This document shows, piece by piece, positions 1 to 11,008 of a DNA stretch of 64,000 nt. The notes under the pieces are model-generated. The model made no database searches. It worked only from the letters and a program-made list of their open reading frames with translations, and was not told the DNA's origin. The stretch lies in assembly GCA_049852185.1 (NCBI GenBank), contig CP187540.1; one strand, given 5' to 3'. Numbering within the stretch: position 1 is the first letter of the stretch; every line of letters begins with the position of its first letter. The stretch comes from Methanocaldococcus sp. 28A. Lineage in GTDB: Archaea > AGJL01 > Methanococci > Methanococcales > Methanocaldococcaceae. The position numbers were made by a program, and so were the translations under genes.

Positions 1-134
1 CTCTTTGTGTATCTTCCTGCTGTATGTGGAACATAAATTGGTGTTAAGTTTATATAGTTTCTTAAACCCGGGTCTTTAACAACAACATCCTTTGTACTCC
101 ATCTTCCAAATATCTTAATTTCATCGAGTTCCAA
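1..134 (-). CDS. rps7: 30S ribosomal protein S7, 5' part (runs off window)
   Basis: Hand translation from TTG at 134: [42 protein letters not shown]; GGTGG RBS; follows rps12. Confidence 0.93.
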   Translation of the reverse strand, partial: MELDEIKIFGRWSTKDVVVKDPGLRNYINLTPIYVPHTAGRYTK

Positions 135-199
135 ATTACCACCTCATTCTTAACTCTTTTAAAATTTCAAAAATTTTAATAAATATTGATATGGGTAAT

Positions 200-655
200 T
201 TATCTTTTGATTTTCTCCTGTCTACCTCTAACTAATTCTCTTAATGAGTTTCTACCAACCATTATAACTTTATACTTAACTCCTGGAATGTCTCCCTTAG
301 CTCTTGGACCTTTAGGCCCTCCAATACCTTCAATAATAACTTCATCGTGCTCATCAATGAAGTTTATAGCGTGGTTTCCTGGACAGAAAGCTGTAACTAC
401 TCTACCGTTTTTAATTAACTGAACTCTAACACACTTTCTGATAGCTGAGTTTGGCTGTTTTGCCTCTAAACCTACTTTTTCAATAACTATACCTCTTGCC
501 ATAGGAGCTCCTTCTAATGGGTCATACTTCTCTTTTAATTTCAAAACTCTTCTAACATAGTTGTAATCGTGCCATCTACACCATTTTCTTTTTAACCTTA
601 ACTTTCTTCCAGCAAATTCTCCTCTTGGTGATTTACTTCCACTCATAATCTTCAC
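200..655 (-). CDS. rps12: 30S ribosomal protein S12 (uS12)
   Basis: [15 protein letters not shown] and GDIPGV motifs. Confidence 0.98.
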   Translation of the reverse strand: MKIMSGSKSPRGEFAGRKLRLKRKWCRWHDYNYVRRVLKLKEKYDPLEGAPMARGIVIEKVGLEAKQPNSAIRKCVRVQLIKNGRVVTAFCPGNHAINFIDEHDEVIIEGIGGPKGPRAKGDIPGVKYKVIMVGRNSLRELVRGRQEKIKR

Positions 656-742
656 CTTCTATATTCTTAATTATTATTATGAGTTAGGATTAATTTGCAT
701 TAATTGCCATAATAATTTCAAACAGCATATACATAAATATTT

Positions 743-1294
743 TTACTCATTAGTGGTTTCTTTTACATCTTCCTGAGCAACTTTTGATTTATTTTTAGCT
801 TGGTCTTGTTTCTGTTCTTTAGTTACTGGCATTCTCCTACTTTTTTTTCTTTTAAATTTTTGATTTTCTACAATAACTTTTATTTTTGTAATTTTTGTGT
901 GTCTTTTTAAAATCTCTAAAGCTCTTTCTAAGTTTTTACCTTTTTCCCCAAAAACCGCGCTTCTGACTTTTGGATTTATTTTGATAAAAGCAACCACATC
1001 TTTTCCAACTCTCTTAACCCATACATCCTCTAACTGTATTGGTGCGAATATATTCCTTATAAACTTTCTCCAATCGTTTGAGTATTCAATAATATCAACT
1101 TTCTTTCCAAATTTCTCTTCTGCTGTTTTAACATTCTCTCCTCCTTTCCCAATTGCCGCTCCAATATCACCCTCCTTTACAATAAAAGCAACTCTTTCAT
1201 CATTTAATACACAGTCGATTATGGGAACATTAGCAATTTTTTCAAAAAATCCAATTTTCATAATTTCTTCTGTTGTTAATCTTACCTTAGCCAT
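743..1294 (-). CDS. nusA: Archaeal NusA transcription factor
   Basis: KH motif AIGKGGEN; conserved position between L30e and S12. Confidence 0.95.
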   Translation of the reverse strand: MAKVRLTTEEIMKIGFFEKIANVPIIDCVLNDERVAFIVKEGDIGAAIGKGGENVKTAEEKFGKKVDIIEYSNDWRKFIRNIFAPIQLEDVWVKRVGKDVVAFIKINPKVRSAVFGEKGKNLERALEILKRHTKITKIKVIVENQKFKRKKSRRMPVTKEQKQDQAKNKSKVAQEDVKETTNE

Positions 1295-1608
1295 TATTCA
1301 CCACCTTCCTTCTTCTCTACAAGCTCCATAATGTTTGAAAGCCCTTCATCTAAAATCAAAAGAGCAGCAACTGGGAAAGGTTTCCCACAAACCGCTCCCA
1401 GTTCCAATGATGTAATTTTGTGTTGGTAAACTGGGATGTTTGATAATTTAGCGTAGTACTTAACATCTTCTTCTAAATCCTTTGGAATGTTTCCTGCCAT
1501 TACTACCAACTTACCTTCTCCGTGTTTAACGAATTTTATTGTTCTTTTTGAACCTAAAATTACTTTACCTGTATCTACTGCAGTCCTAATAGCTTTATTC
1601 ACATCCAT
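1294..1608 (-). CDS. rpl30e: 50S ribosomal protein L30e
   Basis: [23 protein letters not shown]; likely start MDVNK at 1608 behind AGGAGG (ORF track extends to 1626). Confidence 0.96.
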   Translation of the reverse strand: MDVNKAIRTAVDTGKVILGSKRTIKFVKHGEGKLVVMAGNIPKDLEEDVKYYAKLSNIPVYQHKITSLELGAVCGKPFPVAALLILDEGLSNIMELVEKKEGGE

Positions 1609-1647
1609 ATTTTCCCTCCTTCTCATTTTTTACTCCGGAGGGATTTC

Positions 1648-1746
1648 TTAGGACTTTCGCAGGTAGATATATTTTAACCTCAAAACTTAAATCTTTAGAA
1701 GTTGTCAATATTTGTTATAAGACATTTACTCCTGCGAAAGTCCTAA
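1648..1746. mobile_element. Palindromic MITE-like repeat, family 1 (best-preserved copy)
   Basis: Perfect 16-bp terminal inverted repeats TTAGGACTTTCGCAGG / CCTGCGAAAGTCCTAA; recurs about 10 times in window. Confidence 0.85.
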
Positions 1747-1789
1747 CTCCCTACCGGTAAGAATATTGGTTTTCGATAATAGTTTTTCT

Positions 1790-1808
1790 ATATTTATATA
1801 CTTTTTGG
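1790..1808 (-). promoter_or_regulatory. BRE/TATA promoter for rpl30e-nusA-rps12-rps7
   Basis: Minus strand CCAAAAAGTATATAAATA upstream of rpl30e. Confidence 0.55.
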
Positions 1809-1864
1809 ATATAACAAAATATTAAAAAATTAAATCAATTTTTGTTTTTGTTTAAATTTTTTAA

Positions 1865-1920
1865 TGGTCAGAGAAGGGCGCGCTCATCATTATTTCAGTA
1901 CATCGATGTATCATCATCCC
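1865..1920 (-). ncRNA. C/D box sRNA (2'-O-methylation guide)
   Basis: Minus strand: box C ATGATGA, 12-nt guide TACATCGATGTA, D' CTGA, C' ATGATGA, 12-nt guide GCGCGCCCTTCT, D CTGA. Confidence 0.9.
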
Positions 1921-1953
1921 TAATATAAAATAGTAGTTGTTATAGTAGTTAGT

Positions 1954-2067
1954 TATACTTGTTTGCAAAACTATCTTAAATAAAATAAGGTATTAATGAA
2001 TGCCTTCCTTATGGAAGGCATTCAAATCGTCCTTATAAAAGTTTATTTTATTTTGCACACAACTATA
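1954..2067. mobile_element. Palindromic MITE-like repeat, family 2
   Basis: TIRs TATACTTGTTTGCAAAA / TTTTGCACACAACTATA and central hairpin TGAATGCCTTCC-ttat-GGAAGGCATTCA; related copies at 47584 and 53895. Confidence 0.85.
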
Positions 2068-2108
2068 TTTATGATGTTAATGTAAAAGTGAATTTTGATA
2101 TAAAAACT

Positions 2109-4667
2109 TTACTCTTTCTCATTTTTACCTTCCTCATACTCCCTATCTATTATTAATTCAACACATCCAGTTCCAAGATATATTGGTTTTCCAACAATAA
2201 CATTTTCTATAACTCCTTTTAATTTATCAATATCCCCTCTCTCTGCAGCAGCATATAAATGCTTAACAGTTTCTTCGAAAGCTGCTCTTGCTAAGACAGA
2301 ACCTTTCTCTCCAGCAACCCCATGCCTACCTATTGGCTTAACTTCTCCATCAGCAGTCATCATATCCGCTACTAACATCAAATGCCTTATATCAACTTCT
2401 AACCCCTGTTGTTCTAAAGTATTTCTCATCTCATTAATTATAGCGTTTCTTGCCGCTTCAATACCCAAAACTTCCTGTATTTCAATAATGTTATTTGTTG
2501 TAGTTCTTGTTGTGTCAACTCCTTCAATCTTAAATACTTCCCTTAAGTTTGAACCCTGAGTATATAAAACGTATTCATCCCCTTCTTTTTTAACCAAAAC
2601 CCTTTCAATTCCTGGAATTCCTTTTAACTGGATATTTTTAATTTTTGGAATTCTCTTTCTAAGAGCCTTTATTGATGGTGTCTTTATTTTTAAATACAAT
2701 ACACTTCCTTCAACATCAATCTTTACCTTTAATTTTTTCTTAATTGCCTCAACAACATCATCTATTGTTAATCCTCTATCAGCTAATCTATTTTCATCTA
2801 ACTCAACTTTTATAGATTGAGTCCATAAATCAATACTAATACTCTCAGCTATACTTCCCAAGGTTAAGCTTTCTATCTCTTTTGCTATCTCTTCAGCTTT
2901 TTCTCTGTTATCTTTATATCCTTCTTTCAAATAGATAGTCATGATAGGTGTTGAAGGCTCTTTTCTTGCATCTACTATTTCAATCATCCTTGGTAAACCT
3001 AAGGTAACGTTAATCTCCGCAACCCCTGCATAGTGGAATGTTCTCATAGTGTTGTGGGTTAAAACCCCATCAAATGTCGTAAATGTTTCTAACCCCTCAA
3101 CACTTATATCATAAACATATTCTTTATCATAATTTATCTCTTCAATTTCTACAATTTCATCCCAAACTATATCGCTTTCAACTGCCTTTTTCAATAACCA
3201 ATACTCTTCTAATGTTAGAACATTTATTCCTTTCTTAACTGCTAATTCTTCTATTCTTCTTAAGTGTCTTTGTAATGTAGCTCTTCTTATTTTTTGCTTT
3301 CTTTCATATTTCTTTAAAATTATCTTTGGATAATTAATTTTTTCTCCTAACTTAGTTAATGCATCTCCAATTGAAGGTATTATGTCAAATGAGTCGTAAG
3401 TTTTATTATCGTTTATATTATTTATAAGCTTATCTAATTCAACTTTTTTCTTTTCAACTGAGAAGTTAATTTCTTCATAGAATATCTTTATCTGTGTTTG
3501 TGGAATTATTAATGCGTATTGCTCTTTTATTTTTGTTTTTATAGTAAAAATATTGAATCTTGCCAACAATAAAGCTATTCCATCAATTAACTCTTTTGAA
3601 TTTGAGCTAATAGTTATAATTTTTCTCTTTGCATTTACCTTTCCATTTCCATCAAAGTATCCTCTAAGCAATCCTCTAACGAACTCTTTATTTGCTCCAA
3701 ATACAAACTCAGCAACTTTTTTTGTTTTTGATGATAGTCCAAAGTTTGATAAGAATTCAGTCAAAGTTGATGAATAAATCTTTATATCATAATTATCTGA
3801 AAATCCATTATTATTCCTGTATTCTTTATATTTTAAGCCAAACTTATCTAAAAATGTCCTAATTTTATTTAAAACATTTTCGTCAACATTTGAGATTGAA
3901 ACAAAGTCTTTAGTTAATGAACCTTCTGCCAAATAAATTCCAATGAAATATCCAAAGTCATAATCTAACTTTATGTTGTTTGGAATTGATGTTTTGTTTT
4001 TGTTAATCTCAGTTATTGTATTGCTAACAACATAATCAGAGATATTTATTGCCTCAACACAGTTTGCTGGAATATGCTTTACTACTGGAATTCTATCCCC
4101 TATTTTTAAGTCTGAACCTTTAACTGGAATTATTTTATTATCTTTTCTTATAACAAATGAATGGTAAGGGGTAGCTGTAATCTCTCTACCAGATTTTGTT
4201 TTTATTTTAATCAATTTTCCATTGTGTTTATGTCTAATACAACTTAGTATTCTCTTCCAATGAACTTTTTCATCTTGGTCTAAGCTTAGAGCATAGATAT
4301 CAATAGGCAAATCACAAACATCACTTTCTCCAACTTTTTCAAATCCATATTTTTCAATCATCTCATCAACTAATTTTCCAATCTCAATAGATTTTATAAA
4401 CTCTCCTTCTTTGATTATAATCTTCTCTTCATAAGGTAGAGACATCTGAGTACCTGGCTCTCCAATAGATTGTGCTGCAACAATTCCAACAGCTTCATAA
4501 GGTTCAACTAAAGCCTTTTCATAAGCTTTAACAACCTCATCAATAATCTCCTCAATCATTTCATCTGTTAAATCTTTCTCCTTAGATAATTTTTCAAATA
4601 ACTCATCCTTTAATGATTGTGGTAAATTCAAACCTTCAATTTTTTGTTTTAATACTTCCATATCCAT
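2109..4667 (-). CDS. rpoA2: RNA polymerase subunit A'' (Rpo1C) with intein
   Basis: AQSIGEPGTQM...TMRTFHYAG extein motifs; ARAAFEET. Confidence 0.97.
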   Translation of the reverse strand: MDMEVLKQKIEGLNLPQSLKDELFEKLSKEKDLTDEMIEEIIDEVVKAYEKALVEPYEAVGIVAAQSIGEPGTQMSLPYEEKIIIKEGEFIKSIEIGKLVDEMIEKYGFEKVGESDVCDLPIDIYALSLDQDEKVHWKRILSCIRHKHNGKLIKIKTKSGREITATPYHSFVIRKDNKIIPVKGSDLKIGDRIPVVKHIPANCVEAINISDYVVSNTITEINKNKTSIPNNIKLDYDFGYFIGIYLAEGSLTKDFVSISNVDENVLNKIRTFLDKFGLKYKEYRNNNGFSDNYDIKIYSSTLTEFLSNFGLSSKTKKVAEFVFGANKEFVRGLLRGYFDGNGKVNAKRKIITISSNSKELIDGIALLLARFNIFTIKTKIKEQYALIIPQTQIKIFYEEINFSVEKKKVELDKLINNINDNKTYDSFDIIPSIGDALTKLGEKINYPKIILKKYERKQKIRRATLQRHLRRIEELAVKKGINVLTLEEYWLLKKAVESDIVWDEIVEIEEINYDKEYVYDISVEGLETFTTFDGVLTHNTMRTFHYAGVAEINVTLGLPRMIEIVDARKEPSTPIMTIYLKEGYKDNREKAEEIAKEIESLTLGSIAESISIDLWTQSIKVELDENRLADRGLTIDDVVEAIKKKLKVKIDVEGSVLYLKIKTPSIKALRKRIPKIKNIQLKGIPGIERVLVKKEGDEYVLYTQGSNLREVFKIEGVDTTRTTTNNIIEIQEVLGIEAARNAIINEMRNTLEQQGLEVDIRHLMLVADMMTADGEVKPIGRHGVAGEKGSVLARAAFEETVKHLYAAAERGDIDKLKGVIENVIVGKPIYLGTGCVELIIDREYEEGKNEKE
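3051..4442 (-). mobile_element. Intein with LAGLIDADG domain in RpoA'' (464 aa)
   Basis: GTQM|SLPYEE...VLTHN|TMRTF; TPYH block B; GIYLAEG and RGYFDGNG endonuclease blocks. Confidence 0.93.
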
Positions 4668-4727
4668 ATACTCTCACCTTAAAAATGAAAATTTATATTG
4701 TGCAAAGCTATATTTATAAAGCAGAAA

Positions 4728-7409
4728 TTATTTGTTATATTTCATCTTAACCTTGTCAATTATTCTATCAATATTTACTGCCTTTCCTCTATCAGCAAGC
4801 ATTGGGTCTACTCCATCTTCTCCATACCTAAACTGAATCATAATTCCTCTTGAATCTCTAACTGTTCCATCAAATTCTGTTTTTAAATCTTGTAAAGCGT
4901 TAATCAATCTTCTCTGCATGTAACCAGACTGAGCAGTTCTAACTGCCTGGTCAACTAAACCTTCCCTACCTCCCATAGCGTGGAAGAAGAATTCTGTTGG
5001 ACTCAAACCTCTCTTATAACTACTTCTAACGAACCCGTGAGATTTTGCATCTAAGCTTCCCTTTTCAAAGTGAGGTAATACTCTACCTCTATAACCTCTA
5101 AAGATTCTTCTACCTCTAACAGACTGTTGCCCTAAACATGCTGCCATCTGTGTTAAGTTTAATATATTACCTCTTGCACCAGTAACTGCCATGATAACTG
5201 CATGGTTATCTAAACCTAAGTATTTCTCAGCAATTGCCCCAGCCTTATCTCTGGCCTCTCTCAAAATATTGTTTATATATGCCTCCCTTGACTCCTCCAA
5301 GTCTAAACCTGGAAGCAATTCGAGTTCGCCTCTTTCATATTTTTCAATAATTTCTTTAACCTTCTCTTCTGCTTCATCTAAAACTTTTTCTATCTCTTTT
5401 AATGCTTCTTCTGGTAAATCTTCATCGTCAATACCTGTTGTAAATCCTCTTAACATCACTGCCCTTATTGCCATTTTAGTAGCTGAGTCAAGGAATTTTC
5501 TACCTGCTTCAGGACCAAACTCCTTAACTATTGTGTGTAAGATTAAACCTGCCTCTGCCCCATAACCGTTTTTATCAATAACTCCCTTAATCAACTCTCC
5601 ATCTTTTATTACAACATATGCATCGTATTCACAATTCTCTTTCTTACACTCATCACACTTTCTACAAATCTTTGCTTTATATCTCAAATTCAATCCTTTT
5701 GGTAAAGCTTTACTGAATATCTTCTTACCAGAATATAATGGAATACCATTCTCTACTTTATCTGGCTCCCATAATTCATCCTTAATTCCTCCACTTCTTA
5801 AAATTAAAGTAGCTTCATCTTTTGTGAAGTAGTTTGATGTTAAAAGATAAGCTCCTGAGATAAAGTCATGTATAGCCCCAATAATAGGACCTCCAAATCT
5901 TGGAGAGAGGATATGTTTCTCTACAAGCATTAAAGCCTCTGCCTCTGCTCTTGCCTCTTCTGATTGTGGGGCATGTAAGTTCATTTCATCTCCATCGAAG
6001 TCAGCGTTATATGGAGGACAAACGCACAAATTGTGTCTAAATGTTCTATATGGAAGGACTCTAACTCTATGTGCCATAATAGACATTCTGTGTAATGATG
6101 GCTGTCTGTTGTATAAAACAATATCCCCATCCATTAAGTGTCTCTCAACTATATCTCCTTCTCTTATATTTTCTACCCAAAAATCCTTATTACTTTCAGT
6201 TATCTTAACCTTATATTCTTGCTCAGTTCCATCCTTACCAATCATCTTTCTTATAACGTAATTAACTCCTGGATGCTTATTAGAACCATTCTTTAATAAC
6301 TTCCTAATTCTATCAATATTGTATTTTGTTACTTTTTCTGGAACAGTTAGCTCTTTAGCTACAATCTCAGGAACTCCAACCTCATTAATACTTAAACATG
6401 GGTCCGGAGAAATTACTGTTCTTGATGAGAAGTTAACTCTCTTACCAGCTAAGTTGTATCTAAATCTCCCCTCTTTACCTTTCAACCTCTGAGCCAGTGT
6501 TTTTAATGGTCTTCCACTTCTATGCTTAGCTGGAGGAATTCCTGGAGCTTCGTTATCGAAGTATGTATTAACATGGTATTGTAAAAGATTCCATAAATCT
6601 TCAATAATTAAATTTGGTGCTCCTCCTTCTATATTCTCCTCTAATCTATTATTAATTCTAATTATATCAACTAATTTATGAGTTAAGTCATCTTCACTTC
6701 TTTCTCCTGTCTCTAAGGTAATTGATGGTCTTACAGTTACTGGTGGCACTGGCAGGACAGTAAGAACCATCCATTCAGGTCTCGCAACTTCTGGGTTTAA
6801 TCCTAACAAGATACAATCTTCATCAGGAATCTTCTCTAAAATCTCTCTAACATCTGATGGTGTTAGTGTTTTTTCTTCATTTCCATCTACTCTATAGTAT
6901 GTTGTTGGTTTTTCATATTTTATATCATACTTTATCTCTCCACAATGTGGGCAGATTGTAACTTTTGAAGCTTCTTTATAAACTTCCTCACAAACTTCCC
7001 ACTTATTTCCACCATCTCTCTCTAATTTTTCCATCTTTTCTAAAATCTCCCTTCTTTTAGTCTCACTTATTGCTACTCTTCCACAGTGTGGACAAACAGC
7101 TTTCAATATTTTATATATTGTTTTGGCAAATCCTATATGAATTACTGGCTTAGCCAACTCTATATGCCCAAAATGCCCTGGACATTCTCCAATTCTTCCA
7201 CCACATGTTTTACAAACTAAACCTGGGTCTATAACTCCCAACCTTGTATCCATTAAACCTCCATCTATTGGATAACCATCTTCATCATAGGTATCTGGTG
7301 TAACTATTTTAGCAACTGACATCTGCCTTATGTAATCTGGAGACAACAAACCAAACATTATTTCTCCAATCTCCTTAGGAATTTCGTATCTCTCCATCAA
7401 TATCACCAA
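4728..7409 (-). CDS. rpoA1: RNA polymerase subunit A' (Rpo1N), intein-free
   Basis: NADFDGDEMN catalytic motif; CPGHFGHIEL. Confidence 0.98.
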   Translation of the reverse strand: MVILMERYEIPKEIGEIMFGLLSPDYIRQMSVAKIVTPDTYDEDGYPIDGGLMDTRLGVIDPGLVCKTCGGRIGECPGHFGHIELAKPVIHIGFAKTIYKILKAVCPHCGRVAISETKRREILEKMEKLERDGGNKWEVCEEVYKEASKVTICPHCGEIKYDIKYEKPTTYYRVDGNEEKTLTPSDVREILEKIPDEDCILLGLNPEVARPEWMVLTVLPVPPVTVRPSITLETGERSEDDLTHKLVDIIRINNRLEENIEGGAPNLIIEDLWNLLQYHVNTYFDNEAPGIPPAKHRSGRPLKTLAQRLKGKEGRFRYNLAGKRVNFSSRTVISPDPCLSINEVGVPEIVAKELTVPEKVTKYNIDRIRKLLKNGSNKHPGVNYVIRKMIGKDGTEQEYKVKITESNKDFWVENIREGDIVERHLMDGDIVLYNRQPSLHRMSIMAHRVRVLPYRTFRHNLCVCPPYNADFDGDEMNLHAPQSEEARAEAEALMLVEKHILSPRFGGPIIGAIHDFISGAYLLTSNYFTKDEATLILRSGGIKDELWEPDKVENGIPLYSGKKIFSKALPKGLNLRYKAKICRKCDECKKENCEYDAYVVIKDGELIKGVIDKNGYGAEAGLILHTIVKEFGPEAGRKFLDSATKMAIRAVMLRGFTTGIDDEDLPEEALKEIEKVLDEAEEKVKEIIEKYERGELELLPGLDLEESREAYINNILREARDKAGAIAEKYLGLDNHAVIMAVTGARGNILNLTQMAACLGQQSVRGRRIFRGYRGRVLPHFEKGSLDAKSHGFVRSSYKRGLSPTEFFFHAMGGREGLVDQAVRTAQSGYMQRRLINALQDLKTEFDGTVRDSRGIMIQFRYGEDGVDPMLADRGKAVNIDRIIDKVKMKYNK

Positions 7410-7512
7410 AAGTTAGGGATTTGCTTATTTTTTTCTTTTTTTTGTTTAAATTACTATCATTTAAATTATTGATATCCAATTAGATTGAAAATTTAAATAA
7501 TATGGCAATGGT

Positions 7513-9423
7513 TTATTGTTTTTGCTCAACTTTTTCTTTTTCTAACTTTTCAATAAATTCTTCAAAATCTTCTAATTCTACTTTATCTTTAACTTTAAGT
7601 TTTGGTAAGATACACATACTCTTCAATTCATCTAACAACAGCTTAAATGCATAAGGTATTCTAACAAATGGTATCTTCTTGGAATTGTATATGTTCTCAA
7701 TTTCACCACATATTGGACAGTATTTTATGTTTCTCTTGTAGTCTAATATTGCAAAGTCCCCACATTTTGAACATATACAGATATCATAAGGGTCTGATTC
7801 ATCCATAAGTCTTTCTTTCAATAGCATAGCTGCTCCATGACCAATTAAAACATCCCTCTCCATCTCTCCAAACCTTAAACCTCCTTCTCTAGCTCTACCC
7901 TCTGTTGGTTGTCTTGTTAGCACTTGGACAGGCCCTCTACTTCTTGCGTGTATCTTTCCAGCAACTAAGTGGTGTAATTTTTGATAGTATGCTATTCCAA
8001 TGTAAATCTCTACTTCAAACTTCTTCCCAGTTTTTCCATCATACATAACTTCTTTACCGTGATGTTTAAATCCCAAAGCCTCTAAAGCTTTTCTTAAATC
8101 CCATTCTTTCTCTCCGCTAAATATAGTTCCATCTATTCTTCTTCCCTCCAAAGCTCCTACTTTACCTCCAAGCATCTCCAATAACTGTCCAACGGTCATT
8201 CTTGAAGGAATTGCGTGTGGGTTAATTATGATATCAGGAACTATTCCACTTTCAGTGAAAGGTAAATCCTCTTGTGGAACTGTAAGTCCCATAACCCCTT
8301 TTTGTCCATGTCTTGAAGCAAATTTATCCCCTAATTCTGGAACCCTCAAATCTCTAACTTTGACTTTAACTAATCTGTTTCCTTCTTTTGTTTCAGTTAG
8401 TATAACTTTATCAATATAACCCCCTTCCCCATGTCTTACGACAACTGATGAATCTCTTCTCTGTGGTTTAACTTGGATTGTTATCTCATGCTCCTCTAAG
8501 AATCTTGGAGGAGAAGTTTTACCAACAATTACATCACCACCTTTTACATGAGCTTCTACAGAAGCAATTCCATCCTCTTCTAAGTGAATATATGCATCTT
8601 CCGACCTATATCCCCTAACTCCCTTATCAGGAATCTCAAACCTATCCATTTGTCCTCCAGGATACCTTCTTTCACAAGCATCATAGGTTCTGAAGAAAGT
8701 ACTTCTACCCAAACCTCTATCAATTGCTGATTTATTAAACACTATACCATCTTCCATGTTGTATCCTTCATAGCTCATAATTGCTACAACAAAATTCTGC
8801 CCAGCTGGTCTTTTATCAAAACCTAAAATTTCTTGATGTTTTGTCCTAACAATTGGCACTTGTGGATAGTGAAGATAATGCCCCCTTGTATCTAATCTCC
8901 ATTTTATGTTACTCATTGGAATTCCTAATGACTGCTTTCCCATAGCTGCAGCCATTGTAATTCTTGGAGCAGAGTTGTGCTCTGGATATGGAGCAACACC
9001 AGCACCAATACCTAATATAGTGAGTGGGTTAATCTCTAAGTGTGTGTGTTTTTCAGTTAATTCTTCTTCTGATAGAGCAATATAAGCATTTTCCTCTTCT
9101 TCTGCATCTAAATACTCAATAACTCCTTCTTTAACTAAATCTGAGAATGTAATTTCTCCTTTTTTCAATTTTTCAATATGTTCTTTGGTTAATTTTGGTT
9201 TTCCATTCTCTACTACAATCAGAGGTCTAACAATTCTTCCAGCGTCCGTGTTTATATGTATATCGTTACTCTCTTCATAATATGCAACAGTTGTGTATTT
9301 AGGGAGTTCTCCTTTTCTTCTTGCTTCTCTAATATACTTAACAAGTTCTTCAGGTTTGTCAGTAGTCCCAACTAATTTTCCATTAACATAAATATTTACG
9401 TCCCTTGATGCCAAGTTTTTCAC
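7513..9423 (-). CDS. rpoB1: RNA polymerase subunit B' (Rpo2C)
   Basis: [23 protein letters not shown]. Confidence 0.97.
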   Translation of the reverse strand: MKNLASRDVNIYVNGKLVGTTDKPEELVKYIREARRKGELPKYTTVAYYEESNDIHINTDAGRIVRPLIVVENGKPKLTKEHIEKLKKGEITFSDLVKEGVIEYLDAEEEENAYIALSEEELTEKHTHLEINPLTILGIGAGVAPYPEHNSAPRITMAAAMGKQSLGIPMSNIKWRLDTRGHYLHYPQVPIVRTKHQEILGFDKRPAGQNFVVAIMSYEGYNMEDGIVFNKSAIDRGLGRSTFFRTYDACERRYPGGQMDRFEIPDKGVRGYRSEDAYIHLEEDGIASVEAHVKGGDVIVGKTSPPRFLEEHEITIQVKPQRRDSSVVVRHGEGGYIDKVILTETKEGNRLVKVKVRDLRVPELGDKFASRHGQKGVMGLTVPQEDLPFTESGIVPDIIINPHAIPSRMTVGQLLEMLGGKVGALEGRRIDGTIFSGEKEWDLRKALEALGFKHHGKEVMYDGKTGKKFEVEIYIGIAYYQKLHHLVAGKIHARSRGPVQVLTRQPTEGRAREGGLRFGEMERDVLIGHGAAMLLKERLMDESDPYDICICSKCGDFAILDYKRNIKYCPICGEIENIYNSKKIPFVRIPYAFKLLLDELKSMCILPKLKVKDKVELEDFEEFIEKLEKEKVEQKQ

Positions 9424-9505
9424 CTAAGAATGATTTTTTTATTAGTTATGATTTTAAGACATTCAAAAAATCTAAAAATGTAAAATTTAATAATAAAAAT
9501 CATAA

Positions 9506-11008
9506 TTATGATTGATACTCATTAATTCCAAATGATTTTAATAGCTCAATAACTTTACTATCATCTTCTTCTCTTGTAACCTTACACATTATAGCAAAGT
9601 TTTTAACAAGACCACAGTTTGGTCCTTCTGGAGTTTCTGAAGGACAGATTTTACCCCAATGAGTTCCATGCAACTCTCTTGCTTCAAAGTGTGGCTGGGA
9701 CCTTGATAATGGTGAGACTATTCTTCTCAATTGGGAATTTGTTGCTAAGTAACTTGTTCTATCTAAAAGTTGGCTAACCCCAGTTTTTCCTCCAACCCAT
9801 GTTCCTGTTGCCATAGCATGCTTAATTCTTTCAGTTAATATATCGCTTCTTACAGCTGCTTGGATTGATGGTGTTTTATTCCTTAATGTCTGCCTTTCTA
9901 ATTGATATTTAATATCCTTAACAAGTTGGCTGAAAGCATATCTAAACAAATCCTCCATCAAATCTCCAGCTAACTTAGCTCTTTTATATGCGTAATGGTC
10001 TTTATCATCCTCTCCTCTATATCCAAAGTAAAGTTCTAAAGCGTTTCTTGCCATTATTCCCAAGAATCTAATTTTCTTTGGGAAATCTTCTTTTGTAACT
10101 CCTAAATGAGGTAATAGATAGTTACATAAAACTGTTTCTGCTCTCCTTAATCTATATTCTTTTGCCTGACCTGGAGCCACTCTTTTTCCAATAAATTCTA
10201 AAGCTTCTTCAGGAGTGTTTATATTGTGTTCTTCTCTAATCTCTTGGATATTTAAAACAATTTCCATAAAGAATCTTTCATCATTAATTGCCTCAATAAT
10301 GTCTTTATCTGTCTCAGCCCCAAGTGCTTTCATTAATATAACCAATGGAATCTGCCCAGGCATTCCAGGGAATGTAGCATACAATAAACCGTCAGGATGT
10401 CTCTCAACTGTACATAGAGCTCTAAATCCATGTCTTGTTGAAAATACTTTTGCAACATCTACAATCTTTCCACTTCTTTCTGCTTTCTCACACAAAATTC
10501 TATTTGGAATTAAATCTTCTTGAGTAATTAAAACTTTCTCAGTACCATTAATTATAAAATAGCCAAATGGGTCTTCTGGGTCTTCCCCAAGCTCTATAAG
10601 TTCCTCTCTTGATTTCCCATACAAGTGGCAAATCTTAGAGCCAAGCATTACTGGGAGCTCTCCAATATAAACCTCAACTGTATCTCCTTCTCTTTCATTT
10701 TCTCCTTCACCAATAATAGGAGTCATTTCTAAATATAAAGGAACTGAATATGTTAAATCTCTAATTCTTGCCTCCATTGGAGTTATTGGTCTTATTGAAC
10801 CATCAGCTTCTTTAATAACAGGTTTTCCTACTTTAATTTTTCCTAATTTAACTTTATACCCGCCAGAAATCTCTGTCTCAATATAACCAACTTCATCAAT
10901 AATTTTTTGTAATCTATTTTCTACAAAATCGTTATATGACTCTATCTGGTGGTCTATTAAACCATGTTCTTTAAAATAAGCATCTACTAATTCTCTCATA
11001 ATTGCCAC
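9506..11008 (-). CDS. rpoB2: RNA polymerase subunit B'' (Rpo2N)
   Basis: HQIESYNDF, CPSETPEGPNCGL. Confidence 0.97.
   Translation of the reverse strand: MAIMRELVDAYFKEHGLIDHQIESYNDFVENRLQKIIDEVGYIETEISGGYKVKLGKIKVGKPVIKEADGSIRPITPMEARIRDLTYSVPLYLEMTPIIGEGENEREGDTVEVYIGELPVMLGSKICHLYGKSREELIELGEDPEDPFGYFIINGTEKVLITQEDLIPNRILCEKAERSGKIVDVAKVFSTRHGFRALCTVERHPDGLLYATFPGMPGQIPLVILMKALGAETDKDIIEAINDERFFMEIVLNIQEIREEHNINTPEEALEFIGKRVAPGQAKEYRLRRAETVLCNYLLPHLGVTKEDFPKKIRFLGIMARNALELYFGYRGEDDKDHYAYKRAKLAGDLMEDLFRYAFSQLVKDIKYQLERQTLRNKTPSIQAAVRSDILTERIKHAMATGTWVGGKTGVSQLLDRTSYLATNSQLRRIVSPLSRSQPHFEARELHGTHWGKICPSETPEGPNCGLVKNFAIMCKVTREEDDSKVIELLKSFGINEYQS

Noticed and set aside
4694-4715. TATATTGTGCAAAGCTATA resembling collapsed family 2 ends
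   Set aside because: Too short to distinguish from AT-rich background
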